Origin: Thermococcus kodakarensis KOD1 | Lineage (GTDB): Archaea; Methanobacteriota_B; Thermococci; Thermococcales; Thermococcaceae | Assembly: GCF_000009965.1 (NCBI RefSeq) | Contig: NC_006624.1 | Span: 600,001 to 632,000 of the forward strand | Direction of reading: 5' to 3' | DNA length: 32,000 nucleotides | In this document: in pieces, positions 1 through 8,659 of the stretch | Layout of the letters: the number at the start of each line of letters is the position of its first letter | Numbering within the stretch: position 1 is the first letter of the stretch | Translations under genes and position numbers: made by a program | Notes under the pieces: generated by a model | Databases searched by the model: none | The model's input: the letters and a program-made list of their open reading frames with translations, nothing else | What the model was told of the DNA's origin: nothing

Positions 1-104
1 GCCAAGAGCATCAGGCCGTAGGCCAAACCTATCAGCATGTATATCGGGTAGACGAAGCTCCTGAACCCGACGATTACGCTTGTCTTCAGCAGGTTCTTCA
101 TCAT
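1..104 (-). CDS. ABC-2-type transporter permease, N-terminal fragment (continues beyond window)
   Basis: The reverse complement of 1-104 reads MMKNLLKTSVIVGFRSFVYPIYMLIGLAYGLMLL, which is a hydrophobic helix. Its start overlaps the stop of the upstream ATPase gene (ATGATGA). Confidence 0.5.
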   Translation of the reverse strand, partial: MMKNLLKTSVIVGFRSFVYPIYMLIGLAYGLMLL

Positions 105-952
105 ACGAGCCGCCTCCCCGTCACCTTGAGGAATATCTCCTCCAAGGTCGGCTCCTCCGTGTTGATCCGCCTTATCTCGTGGTTCCTCAGGATATTCAGG
201 AACTCCTCGTTCTGGCCGATGCCCTCAAGCGGGAACTCCGCGGTCTTAACGCTCCCGTTCTCAACGTACTCGACCTTCACGAGCCTCTTCCCCATCTTGA
301 CCTTGAGCTCGCCTGGGTTATCAACCAGCCTTACGGAGCCGTCGACGATGAAGGCAACCCTGTCGCAAAGCTCATCGGCCACGTACATGTTGTGGGTGGT
401 GAGAAAAATCGTCTTCCCGCTTTCCCTCATCTCGAGGAATAGGTCTTTGAACTTTCTCGCACTCGCTGGGTCGAGGCCCTCAAGCGGCTCGTCGAGGAAG
501 AGTATGTCGGGGTCGGGGAGAAGGGCCCTCGCGATGTCGAGTTTCTTCCTCATGCCCTTCGAGAAGCCAGCAACGAGCTGATCAGCCTCCTTGTCGAGCC
601 CGACCATTTTGAGGACTTCCATCGGGTCGAGGTGCTTCTTGTAGAAGCTCGCGAAGAACTCGAGGTTTTCGAGGGCAGTCAAGCGGGAGTAAACCGCTGG
701 AAACTCGAATGAGACACCGATTCTGTTGTAGTAGTCCTTGCCCCACTCGCGCAGGTCTTTTCCGAGAACTTTGGCCGTTCCTTCATAGTCCCTGATTATC
801 TTGACGAGGATTTTGACGGTGGTCGTCTTTCCAGCCCCGTTCGGACCGAGAAAGCCGTAGATTTCGCCCTCCTCGACCTCGAAGCTTAAGTTTTCCACAC
901 CCCTAACATCGCCGTAGTACTTTCTAATATTCTTAACCTCAATTACAGGCAT
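101..952 (-). CDS. ABC transporter ATP-binding protein (ABC-2/DrrA-like exporter type)
   Basis: 283-aa ORF with Walker A GPNGAGKTT, signature-like FSKGMRKK, Walker B ILFLDEPLEGLD and H-loop TTHNM. Confidence 0.9.
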   Translation of the reverse strand: MPVIEVKNIRKYYGDVRGVENLSFEVEEGEIYGFLGPNGAGKTTTVKILVKIIRDYEGTAKVLGKDLREWGKDYYNRIGVSFEFPAVYSRLTALENLEFFASFYKKHLDPMEVLKMVGLDKEADQLVAGFSKGMRKKLDIARALLPDPDILFLDEPLEGLDPASARKFKDLFLEMRESGKTIFLTTHNMYVADELCDRVAFIVDGSVRLVDNPGELKVKMGKRLVKVEYVENGSVKTAEFPLEGIGQNEEFLNILRNHEIRRINTEEPTLEEIFLKVTGRRLV

Positions 953-1071
953 GCTTTCACCAATTCAAAATAGGGCTTTGAAGTAGTTATAGTTACCCCC
1001 GCACATGTGTGGGATGACCAAAAGGGCAATTTTTAAATACATTTGTATTCCATTTGTAGTTGGTGAAGAAA

Positions 1072-1398
1072 ATGGGAGAGACTGGGACAGACCACCCAAT
1101 CTCCGTGAGGCTTCCCGGATATGTTGTCGAAAAGATTGATGAGCTCGTGAGGGAGAAAGAGTTCAGAAGCCGCTCTGACTTCATAAAGTTCGCCGTCACG
1201 ATGGCACTGGGACAGATAATGATGGAAAAAGCGCGGAAAAGGGCAAAGAAGCTCACTCTAGAAGATCTTAAAAGAGAAGCGGAAGAGGCATGGGAGAAGC
1301 TTAAACGTGGGGAGTTCGAGGAAGAGGGGTCCGAAGTCCTAAAGGCTCTCAGGGAGATAAATGAGGAGACCAAGAGGCTTACGGGTGCAGAGGGATGA
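1072..1398 (+). CDS. Ribbon-helix-helix (CopG-like) antitoxin candidate
   Basis: The ORF spans 1060-1398, with an ATG at 1072 preceded by GGTGA (1062-1066) and TATA TTTTAAAT near 1031. The N-terminal PISVRLPGYVVEKIDELVREKEFRSRSDFIKFAV fits a strand-helix-helix pattern. The tail is acidic. There is a 4-nt ATGA overlap with the downstream PIN gene. Confidence 0.7.
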   Translation: MGETGTDHPISVRLPGYVVEKIDELVREKEFRSRSDFIKFAVTMALGQIMMEKARKRAKKLTLEDLKREAEEAWEKLKRGEFEEEGSEVLKALREINEETKRLTGAEG

Positions 1399-1835
1399 AA
1401 GTCGTCCTCGACACGAACGTCGTGCTGGCGGCCCTGATAAAGCCCGAGGGTTTATCGGCACTTCTAATCAAGGCCCTGGATGGAGAGCGGCTCATCAACT
1501 TCACGAGTGAGGATGCTCTCGACGAGCTTACCCTAAAAATTGGACTTTTAGCCGAAAAAGGAAAGATTTCTCCAGGCTGGGAAGAGACTTTAGCCCACTT
1601 CTTGAGGGGCTCCGAAATTGTCTCTCCATCCACTAGCTTTAACCTCTGCAGGGATCCGGACGACAATAAGTGGCTGGAGATATCTTATGAAGCGGGAGCA
1701 GGTTACATCCTTACCTGGGATGACGACCTCCTGAGCCTTCGAAATGAAGAAAAGGCTGTAAAACTCGGGAATCACGAGGTTAAAATCCTCAAACCCCTGG
1801 AATTCTATAGAGAGATTCTGAAATCAAAATGTTGA
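1395..1835 (+). CDS. PIN-domain ribonuclease toxin candidate (VapC-like)
   Basis: The N-terminus MKVVLDTNVVLAAL is typical of PIN domains. Later acidic positions (SEDALDEL, DPDDNKWL, TWDDDL) are also present. The gene is translationally coupled to the RHH gene. Confidence 0.75.
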   Translation: MKVVLDTNVVLAALIKPEGLSALLIKALDGERLINFTSEDALDELTLKIGLLAEKGKISPGWEETLAHFLRGSEIVSPSTSFNLCRDPDDNKWLEISYEAGAGYILTWDDDLLSLRNEEKAVKLGNHEVKILKPLEFYREILKSKC

Positions 1836-1918
1836 CTAGACAGGCAAATTACAACCTGCCTAAACAATCTCCCTAACTCCAACTGCCCCCAGAATAAGCC
1901 CCTTTCATAGGCTCCCGC

Positions 1919-2578
1919 CTACTCAATAACCCCTTCCAGAACCTTCTTCAAACCCTTCCTAAGGTGCTCCTTCACGGTTGATGGACTTAGGCCGAGCATC
2001 TGGGAGAGGTCCCTAAGCGTCACGCGCTTAGGACTATCAAAGTAGCCGCTTTTGTATGCCACCAGAAGGGTCTTTAGTTGTTTTTCTGTGAGCTTTGAGA
2101 ATATGCTCTCATTTGGCGTGTAATCTTCTATGCTAGCGACCTCCGCATTGTAGGTTCTCTTAATGGCCGATATAACTTCAGGGACCAGGTTCTCCTCACA
2201 CACGACGTAGAGAAAGCTCTCCTCGCGAGTCATCGTGCCCTTCTCAAATATTAAAAAGCCTCTTTTCTGGAGGTCAAGTATGTCGAAGGCTTCTTCTGCG
2301 TTAGGGTGTCTTGGGAGCTTTGCACGTGTGTACAGGTAGTAATGGCCGTTTTTTAGGGGTATCAGCTTGACGTCCTCTACATAAGGAAGGTTCCTCATTC
2401 GATTTATGACATCTTGGGGGTTAACTTCTTCTTTGAACTTCAATTCCACGAGCTTTATGATTTCGTCACCGACCATGAAGTGCGTGTCCCCGTATGCCCA
2501 CTCAATTGCCTCTATAAACCATTTAAAGTCCGAAAACACATCCGAAGAATTGAGAAACCTGAACTTTATCCGCTTCAT
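1919..2578 (-). CDS. Transcriptional regulator with C-terminal HTH_10 (bacterio-opsin-activator-type) domain
   Basis: The C-terminus LTEKQLKTLLVAYKSGYFDSPKRVTLRDLSQMLGLSPSTVKEHLRKGLKKV matches the HTH_10 pattern. I did not recognise the N-terminal roughly 150 aa. Confidence 0.7.
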   Translation of the reverse strand: MKRIKFRFLNSSDVFSDFKWFIEAIEWAYGDTHFMVGDEIIKLVELKFKEEVNPQDVINRMRNLPYVEDVKLIPLKNGHYYLYTRAKLPRHPNAEEAFDILDLQKRGFLIFEKGTMTREESFLYVVCEENLVPEVISAIKRTYNAEVASIEDYTPNESIFSKLTEKQLKTLLVAYKSGYFDSPKRVTLRDLSQMLGLSPSTVKEHLRKGLKKVLEGVIE

Positions 2579-2649
2579 GGGTCATCACTTGAGACACGCT
2601 GTTCTTGCGATTTTAAGTCTTACCGAAAAACAAAGAAAAATGAAAAGCC

Positions 2650-3981
2650 TCACTTCGTCGCCCTCGTTATGCCCACATCCTTGACGAGCACGTAGGGCGT
2701 CGATACTGGCGTGTTTACCTCCCACCAGTGGATGTGGTAGAGCTCTTTTCCGAGGGCTACGATGTTTTCGAGGATCCTCTGGAGGTTATCGCTTACGCGA
2801 ATGTTCCTTATCGGCTTCAGCTCGCCGTTCTCAACGAGAAAGATGCCGTCTCTCGGGATCGTTGAGAAGTCGCCAGCAACGTAGTTCTGGAAGCGCGTGT
2901 ACCAGACGTTGGTGATGTAGATGCCCTTCTTCACCTCGCTGAAGAGCTCCTCTTTTGAGTAGTCTCCAGGTTCGAGGACGATGTTCCAGGCGTGCGGCAT
3001 CACCAGGCCGGCGTTGGCGGTTGTTTCAGTCCCGTACTTCCTGGCGAGGCTCGTGTTGAGGAGGAACGTCCTGAAGGTTCCGTTCTCGATTATGGTCGTT
3101 TCCCTCGTTGGAACACCCTCGTCGTCGAACTTCCTCGTGCCGTAGCCGTTGGGCAGGTTCCCGATGTCCTTGATGGTTACTCCGTCAGCGGCGACCTTCT
3201 GCCCGAGCTTGTTGACGAGGAAGGAAAAGCCAGCTTCGGCGGCATAGGCGGAGGTCATGAAGCTCATGTAGCTGAGCAGGTTGGCGAAGGCCAGCGGGTC
3301 GAATATGACGTCGAACTTCCCTTCCGGCCCCTGCTCCGGGTTTCTGGCCAACCTTGCTATCTCTCCCGCCTTCCTTCCGGCGCTCTCGGGGTCGAACTTC
3401 TTGAGCACCCTCACGGAGTTCGTCCCGTGGCCGCTCTCGAGGTCGCCTATGAAGGCCCTGACGCTTATTTCTATCCCCGTTCCCTCGTCGAAAGCTTCCA
3501 CTCCGTTGCTCGTGGTCAGGTAGAGCTTGTTGTGGTCTGTGTAGAGGACTCCAGCAACTCTCTTCGCCCCTTCCTCAAGGGCCGCGTTTATTGCCCTCTC
3601 AACGTACTCGTTCGGTTCATCGAGCTCGACTATCGCCCTGTCAAAGGTCTCTGGAATATCCTTGTACTCGAAGGGCCCCTCGGCTATGCCGTAGTAGTCC
3701 TCCTTTGGAGACATGCCCCTTATGTTTGAAAGGAGCGTTTTCAGAATCCTCTCTATGTTCTCATTGCTCAGGTCGGTTATGGTAGTGCTCGCTACCCTCT
3801 TCTCCTTTTCGACGAAGAGCTCGATCTTCCTCTCGTGCCAGTTCTTCGCGACGGTTATCTCATTGTTGGCAAAGCGAACCTGTCTCCTGTTGGTCTCGTA
3901 GCTCAGGACAACGACGTCGCCGAAGCCGAGCTCCTTCGCCCTCTTAAGGATGAACTCGTTAACGTCGAACATCTTCACCAC
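2650..3981 (-). CDS. pmbA: TldE/PmbA-family protein (partner of TldD)
   Basis: 443-aa ORF that is paralogous in architecture to the adjacent TldD. I saw no HExxxH motif. Its start lies 1 nt after the tldD stop. Confidence 0.8.
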   Translation of the reverse strand: MVKMFDVNEFILKRAKELGFGDVVVLSYETNRRQVRFANNEITVAKNWHERKIELFVEKEKRVASTTITDLSNENIERILKTLLSNIRGMSPKEDYYGIAEGPFEYKDIPETFDRAIVELDEPNEYVERAINAALEEGAKRVAGVLYTDHNKLYLTTSNGVEAFDEGTGIEISVRAFIGDLESGHGTNSVRVLKKFDPESAGRKAGEIARLARNPEQGPEGKFDVIFDPLAFANLLSYMSFMTSAYAAEAGFSFLVNKLGQKVAADGVTIKDIGNLPNGYGTRKFDDEGVPTRETTIIENGTFRTFLLNTSLARKYGTETTANAGLVMPHAWNIVLEPGDYSKEELFSEVKKGIYITNVWYTRFQNYVAGDFSTIPRDGIFLVENGELKPIRNIRVSDNLQRILENIVALGKELYHIHWWEVNTPVSTPYVLVKDVGITRATK

Positions 3982-3982
3982 C

Positions 3983-5404
3983 TCACGGCCTCCTCAACGG
4001 AATATCCCGCAGTCTCGCGTGCGCTCCGCCCATCCAGACGGGAACTCCCTGTCCGGGCTCGCCCTTGCCGCAGGTTCCCGGGTAGAACTCAACTTCCTTT
4101 CCTACGGCGTCAACGCTGCTCCACAGTGCCCTCGTCGTTATCTCAAGGATGGGTCTCCTGACCGGGTGCTTTATCTCACCGTTCTCGATGAGGTAGGCCT
4201 CCCTTCCGATGTACCTCTGCTGGTAGCGCCTGTCGTCTATGTTCCACTCGTTGAAGCTCACCATGTAAACACCGAGCTTGATGTCTTCAATCAGCTCCTC
4301 GAAGGAGTGATCGCCCGGAGCCAGGTAGGTGTTCGCCATCCTAACTATCGGCTCGCGGTTGTAGTTGATCGCCCTGGCTGAGGCGTTTGAGCGCTGGCCG
4401 AGCTTGTAGGCGTACTCCCTGTTGGTGAGGAACTCGTTTATGATTCCGTTCCTTATGAGGTACCTCGGGCGGGCCTTAACGCCCTCGTCGTCGTAGAGGT
4501 AGAATCCCCAGCTGTTCGGGATAGTTGGGTCTTCTATGACTGTAACGACGTCGCTGCCGATTCTCTCCCCGAGCATGTCTGGTTTAACGAAGCTCTCCCC
4601 CGCCTGCGCCGCTTCCCTTCCGAAAATCCTATCTGCTTCGTAGGGATGTCCAACGCTCTCGTGGACTGCTATGCCAGCCACCTCGGGGCTTATCACGAGG
4701 TCAACCTTCCCCTCGGGCGGCTTCTGTCCCTCGTAAATGAGCCTCTTAAGGGCCATTACGTCCTTAACGGCCCACTTCCAGGGTTCGTCCTTCTCTAAGA
4801 GCTCAAGACCGCCGGAGAAAGCCCTCTGAACGAAGGGCGCCTGCTCCATCTGGCCGTTCTCAAAGACCACGAGGTTGTAGGTGAGAGACACTCTCGGGAT
4901 GTAGCTCTCAACGAAACCACCGTCGCTGTGGGCTATTATCTTGTGCCACATCCAGTCGGAGTAGCGAAGGAAGCGCATCGGCACGTTCACACCCGTTCCC
5001 TTTACCTCCTCCTCGACCTTCTTGAGGAGTTCAAGCTTCTCCTCCGGCGGTATGTCCCGGAAGTCCTTCCTCATCTTGACTTCGTAATAGACCTCGTGGA
5101 AGTCCTCCTCGGAGAAGCGTATAGGTTCGTTCCTCACCTTCGAGGCGGCTTTTGCCAGCTTCACGGCCTTTTTCACGGCCTCTGCAACGCTCTCCTTCGT
5201 CAGGACGTTGGTTGATGCAAAGCCCATGCCGCCGTCAACGAGAACCCTTATCCCTATGCCCCTGTCCGCGAGAATCCCGAGGCCCTCCGCGTTACCGTTC
5301 TTCATTACTAGCTCAGTACCATTCTTTTCTTCAAAACGCGCTTCGGCGTAGTCCGCCCCCAGTTCGAGGGCCTTTTCAACGGCGAACTCTACAAGTTCAT
5401 GCAT
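3983..5404 (-). CDS. tldD: TldD-family metalloprotease
   Basis: The ORF spans 3983-5413. It carries the HExxxH motif in VHESVGHPYEADR. The likely start is the ATG at 5404 (MHELVEF), after GGGGTGA; alternative in-frame starts are at 5410 and 5413. Confidence 0.85.
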   Translation of the reverse strand: MHELVEFAVEKALELGADYAEARFEEKNGTELVMKNGNAEGLGILADRGIGIRVLVDGGMGFASTNVLTKESVAEAVKKAVKLAKAASKVRNEPIRFSEEDFHEVYYEVKMRKDFRDIPPEEKLELLKKVEEEVKGTGVNVPMRFLRYSDWMWHKIIAHSDGGFVESYIPRVSLTYNLVVFENGQMEQAPFVQRAFSGGLELLEKDEPWKWAVKDVMALKRLIYEGQKPPEGKVDLVISPEVAGIAVHESVGHPYEADRIFGREAAQAGESFVKPDMLGERIGSDVVTVIEDPTIPNSWGFYLYDDEGVKARPRYLIRNGIINEFLTNREYAYKLGQRSNASARAINYNREPIVRMANTYLAPGDHSFEELIEDIKLGVYMVSFNEWNIDDRRYQQRYIGREAYLIENGEIKHPVRRPILEITTRALWSSVDAVGKEVEFYPGTCGKGEPGQGVPVWMGGAHARLRDIPLRRP

Positions 5405-5536
5405 GCACATCACCCCGGTTTACTGCATAGAATAGTGCCCTCCGAAGTATAAAAATCTTTCCGCTTCGATTTGTGTCGAAATGTTGCACCCGTTTGGTTT
5501 TTAAGGCCGCTGATGAGATGCCGCCAGGTGGTGAAG

Positions 5537-5830
5537 ATGGAGATACGCGAGTTCCAGGGGATGATACGCGATATCTACTTTCACAAGGACTCGAAGAGAG
5601 GCATTGAGAGGACTTTCCTCTGGTTCGTTGAAGAAGTCGGTGAGCTGAGCGAGGCGATAAGGAAGAGAGACAAGGAAGCAATGGAAGAGGAGTTTGCAGA
5701 CGTTCTCGCCTGGCTCGCCAGCCTCGCCAACCTGCTTGGGATAGATCTCGAAGAGGCCGCGAAGAAGAAATATCCTGGAGTCTGTCCATACTGCGGCAAG
5801 AACCCATGCGAATGCGAGGAGAAGTTCTGA
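5537..5830 (+). CDS. mazG: MazG-like nucleotide pyrophosphohydrolase domain protein with C-terminal Cys cluster
   Basis: The ATG at 5537 is preceded by GGTGGTGA. The motifs EEVGELSEAIRK ... EEFADVLAWLASLANLLGIDLEEA fit the MazG EExxE/D pattern. The tail is CPYCGKNPCEC. Confidence 0.75.
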   Translation: MEIREFQGMIRDIYFHKDSKRGIERTFLWFVEEVGELSEAIRKRDKEAMEEEFADVLAWLASLANLLGIDLEEAAKKKYPGVCPYCGKNPCECEEKF

Positions 5831-5862
5831 ACTACCGGGTAAAAAGAGGGAAGCGGAAGTAT

Positions 5863-6753
5863 TCAGCCGAGGATTTCCCTCTTTATAACCTCGGCAATCT
5901 CAACTATGGCCTTTGAAGCCTTGGCCTCTGGGAAGGCCTCGACAACGGGCTTCAGCATGCTCATGCTCTCTGGAACGGCTCTGTCGTAGGGTATTCTTCC
6001 CAGTATCGGTATTCCTTCTTTCTCAGCCCACTCCTCAAGGCCAGTGAAGCCGGGGTTGATGTCGGCTTTGTTGATGATGAGGTAGGCCGGCTCCCTGAAG
6101 TGCTGGACGACCTTGTAGGCCCTCTGAACGTCGCTGAGCGAAGCCGGGGTAGGCTCTGCTATGAGTATGGCAACGTCTGCCCCACCGAGGCTCGCTATCA
6201 CCTGACAGCCTATTCCAGCGGCCGAATCAACTATCATGTGCTCGAGGTTGAGCTCCTTCATCAGCTTCGCGGCCCACTCCTTCTCCTCCGTGACGAGCTT
6301 TCCGCTCTCGGGCCTTCCGACGTCGAGCTGGGCCGAGATGAGCGGGAAGCCGTACTTGGTTGTCGCCTTCCTGATTACCCCTGAGCGGACTTCCTCAAGG
6401 GTTATGGTTCCGGCCACCGGGCAGACCAGGCCACAGACGTTGCAGCCCTCGCAGGTGAGCTCGTTCACGACGTAGTTGCCTTCGTCATCGATGTAGATGC
6501 ACCCGTAGGGACAGCGCTCGTAGCAGATTCCGCACCTTACGCAGCTCTCTGTGTTTATCCTGGCTATCTTGGCACCTATATGCTCCCTCTCCTCTTCCCA
6601 CTCGGTCACGCCGAGGAGCAAACCAAGGTTCGGGGCCTCAGCGTCGGCGTCAACTGCCACAAACGAGTAATCGTCCTTCAGAAGGTAGAGGAGCGAGGCC
6701 GTTATCGTGCTCTTTCCAACGCCGCCCTTACCGCTCGCTATCGCCACCTGCAT
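5863..6753 (-). CDS. MinD/ParA-superfamily P-loop ATPase with inserted 2x[4Fe-4S] ferredoxin domain (COG1149-type), copy 2
   Basis: It has a deviant Walker A SGKGGVGKST and the cluster motifs CVRCGICYERCP and CEGCNVCGLVCP. The ATG at 6753 follows GGAGGTGG, and the start overlaps the stop of copy 1 (GTGATG). Confidence 0.85.
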   Translation of the reverse strand: MQVAIASGKGGVGKSTITASLLYLLKDDYSFVAVDADAEAPNLGLLLGVTEWEEEREHIGAKIARINTESCVRCGICYERCPYGCIYIDDEGNYVVNELTCEGCNVCGLVCPVAGTITLEEVRSGVIRKATTKYGFPLISAQLDVGRPESGKLVTEEKEWAAKLMKELNLEHMIVDSAAGIGCQVIASLGGADVAILIAEPTPASLSDVQRAYKVVQHFREPAYLIINKADINPGFTGLEEWAEKEGIPILGRIPYDRAVPESMSMLKPVVEAFPEAKASKAIVEIAEVIKREILG

Positions 6754-7625
6754 CACGCACCACCTCCAAGGAACTCGGCAACCCTTTCGGCGAGGCCTTT
6801 GAATATCTCTGCCTCGGGATAGTCCGTCAGGGCTATGGGTTTTCCCTCGACGTAACTTTTGACTATGTTCTCGCTGTAGGGGATCTCAGCCACGATTTCG
6901 GCGCCGTACTTCTCCGCCAGCTCCCTGACCTTACCAACGTCTCCGAGGTCAGACCTGTTCACCACAACCCAAGTCGGGATCTTCATCAGCTTCCCGAGCT
7001 GTAGGATAAGCTCCGTGTCGTGTATGCCGAGGGGAGTGGGTTCTGTTACCGCTATGAGGAGCTTTGAGCCTTCGACTGCTTTTGAGACCGTGTTTCCAGT
7101 TCCAGCGGCCGTGTCCACCATGAGGAGACCTTCCCTGACCTCTTCGGCCCTCTTCTTCGCCGCAACCACGAGCGGCATTGACCTCTCCTCTCCCTCCCTG
7201 AGCTTCCCCGTGACGAGCGTGAAGCCGTAGGGTGTTGGGGTAACGTACGTGTGGCCTATAACTCTGAAGGCCTCTTGAATGGCCCCTGGTACAGGACAGA
7301 CTATCTCACAGGCCCTGCAGCCGGAACAGAGGGTCGGCATGAGAAAGGGCGTCCCGTCCTTCAGCGTCACTATCGCGTGCTCCTCACACACCTCGGCGCA
7401 CTTCCTGCACTTGGTGCACTTCGAGTAGTCGAAGCGCGGCATGAACTGGTTCACGGGTTCTTCGTTGGCAAGCTCAACTCCCAGAAGTATGTGGTCGTTC
7501 GGTGCCTCGACGTCAAGATCCGCCAGAGTCAGCCTGACCCCAATCTTCCTGAGCGCCACCGCGAGGTTTGTCGCGACCGTTGATTTTCCGGTTCCGCCTT
7601 TTCCACCGCTCACCGCTATCTGCAA
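6753..7625 (-). CDS. MinD/ParA-superfamily P-loop ATPase with inserted 2x[4Fe-4S] ferredoxin domain (COG1149-type), copy 1
   Basis: It has Walker A SGGKGGTGKST and the cluster motifs CTKCRKCAEVCE and CSGCRACEIVCP. The ORF runs to 7685, but a TATA-like element and GGAGGTGA lie inside that extension. A TTG at 7625 gives MQIAVSGGKGG, which parallels the paralog's MQVAIASGKGG. Confidence 0.8.
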   Translation of the reverse strand: MQIAVSGGKGGTGKSTVATNLAVALRKIGVRLTLADLDVEAPNDHILLGVELANEEPVNQFMPRFDYSKCTKCRKCAEVCEEHAIVTLKDGTPFLMPTLCSGCRACEIVCPVPGAIQEAFRVIGHTYVTPTPYGFTLVTGKLREGEERSMPLVVAAKKRAEEVREGLLMVDTAAGTGNTVSKAVEGSKLLIAVTEPTPLGIHDTELILQLGKLMKIPTWVVVNRSDLGDVGKVRELAEKYGAEIVAEIPYSENIVKSYVEGKPIALTDYPEAEIFKGLAERVAEFLGGGA

Positions 7626-7642
7626 GCTCTCACCTCCGGAAA

Positions 7643-7684
7643 TTAGGGTAGCCGAATTGGTTATAAGCTTTGTGCATACGCTCA
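7643..7684 (-). promoter_or_regulatory. Internal promoter module: TGAGCGTATGCACA operator-like element, GCTTATAAC TATA box and TTCGGCTACCCTAA iron-box-like element
   Basis: Read on the minus strand it is TAATGAGCGTATGCACAAAGCTTATAACCAATTCGGCTACCCTAATTTCCGGAGGTGAGAGCTTG. The first 28 nt match the module at 31831 in 25 of 28 positions by my manual alignment. Confidence 0.6.
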
Positions 7685-8632
7685 TTACTCCCTGCTCTTC
7701 AGCCTCCTCATGTAGAACCTCTTCCCGTTGTACTCAAGCTCTATCAACTTCCCCTCTTTCAGGAGCTTCTCAACAATGCTCCAGTCTGCGTTTGCCTTCT
7801 CCAGAAACTCCGCAACGGCGTCCTCGCGCATTGGATGGACTGAGGTTATGCTCAGCAGATCCTCCTCAACGTTACCCGTAAAGGCGAAGGCGTTCCCCTC
7901 GTAGCCGATCAGGTATTCCACGCGCTCGTCCCCAAGGATTTCGCTGAAGACCTGATATGCGTGGTTGATGACATCTTCCTTCGCAGGTTTCACCCACGGT
8001 TCCGCCGGCGGTCTCGTTGGAACGGCTATGTAGGCTTTATCCGGTTTCAGCTCCCTCAGAAATTCCGCTATCTTCTCGAACTCGTTGCCATAGTCTATCC
8101 CGTCTATCAGCATCGTCTCGGTGACTATCTTTCCCTTGAACTCCTTCCTGAACTCCAGCATGCCCTCAAGGATCTTCTCAAGGCTCAGGCTCTTGTGGGG
8201 CCTGTCAATTCTCCTCCAGAGCGGCTCACTGACAGCATCAACTTTCAGCGAGACGAAGTCAAACTTCAGAAGGTCTTCCCTGACATCTTCTCTCCAGATG
8301 AGCGAGGAGTTAGTGAGGATAGCCGGGGGGATTTCAAGGGATTTCAAAAGCTCCGCCTCCTTCCCGAGGTTTATGTCGAGCGTGGGCTCTCCATCTGGAA
8401 CGAAGGTGATGTAGTCTATCCTCTCGCTCCTCGCGAGTGCCTCCTCGACTTTCTCCTTGACTTCTCTGAAGATCAGTTCGGGCTCGTAGAAGGGCCTCCT
8501 CTTGATTTCCATTCTGAGAGTTTTCCCTATCTGACAGTAAACGCAGGCGTAGGTGCATACCTTGTCGGGGATGTTGTTCACGCCGAGGCTCCTGCCGAGC
8601 CTCCTCGAGGGGACAGGTCCAAAGGCTATCAT
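7685..8632 (-). CDS. Radical SAM protein (NifB/MoaA-related Fe-S oxidoreductase type)
   Basis: The CxxxCxxC motif occurs in CTYACVYCQIG near the N-terminus. The 315-aa ORF has GGTGGTGGT upstream of its ATG. Confidence 0.8.
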   Translation of the reverse strand: MIAFGPVPSRRLGRSLGVNNIPDKVCTYACVYCQIGKTLRMEIKRRPFYEPELIFREVKEKVEEALARSERIDYITFVPDGEPTLDINLGKEAELLKSLEIPPAILTNSSLIWREDVREDLLKFDFVSLKVDAVSEPLWRRIDRPHKSLSLEKILEGMLEFRKEFKGKIVTETMLIDGIDYGNEFEKIAEFLRELKPDKAYIAVPTRPPAEPWVKPAKEDVINHAYQVFSEILGDERVEYLIGYEGNAFAFTGNVEEDLLSITSVHPMREDAVAEFLEKANADWSIVEKLLKEGKLIELEYNGKRFYMRRLKSRE

Positions 8633-8645
8633 ACCACCACCGGAG

Positions 8646-8659
8646 TTAGGTTAGCCTAA
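8646..8659. promoter_or_regulatory. DtxR/IdeR-type iron-box-like element TTAGGTTAGCCTAA between TATA box (8662-8671) and the radical-SAM start
   Basis: The minus-strand reading is ATTTATACGCCTTTAGGCTAACCTAACTCCGGTGGTGGTATG. The 14-mer equals the first 14 nt of the corynebacterial/mycobacterial 19-bp iron-box consensus TTAGGTTAGCCTAACCTAA. Confidence 0.6.

Noticed and set aside
2992-3729. A 245-aa ORF antisense to pmbA. Similar long antisense ORFs occur at 7961-8659, 13889-14377, 18472-19146, 21057-21428, 22516-22959, 29877-30359 and 30363-31133.
   Set aside because: These are shadow ORFs, typical of GC-rich coding DNA. They have Arg/Pro/Gly/Leu-rich low-complexity translations and no start-site signals. 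Each lies fully inside a well-supported gene on the other strand.
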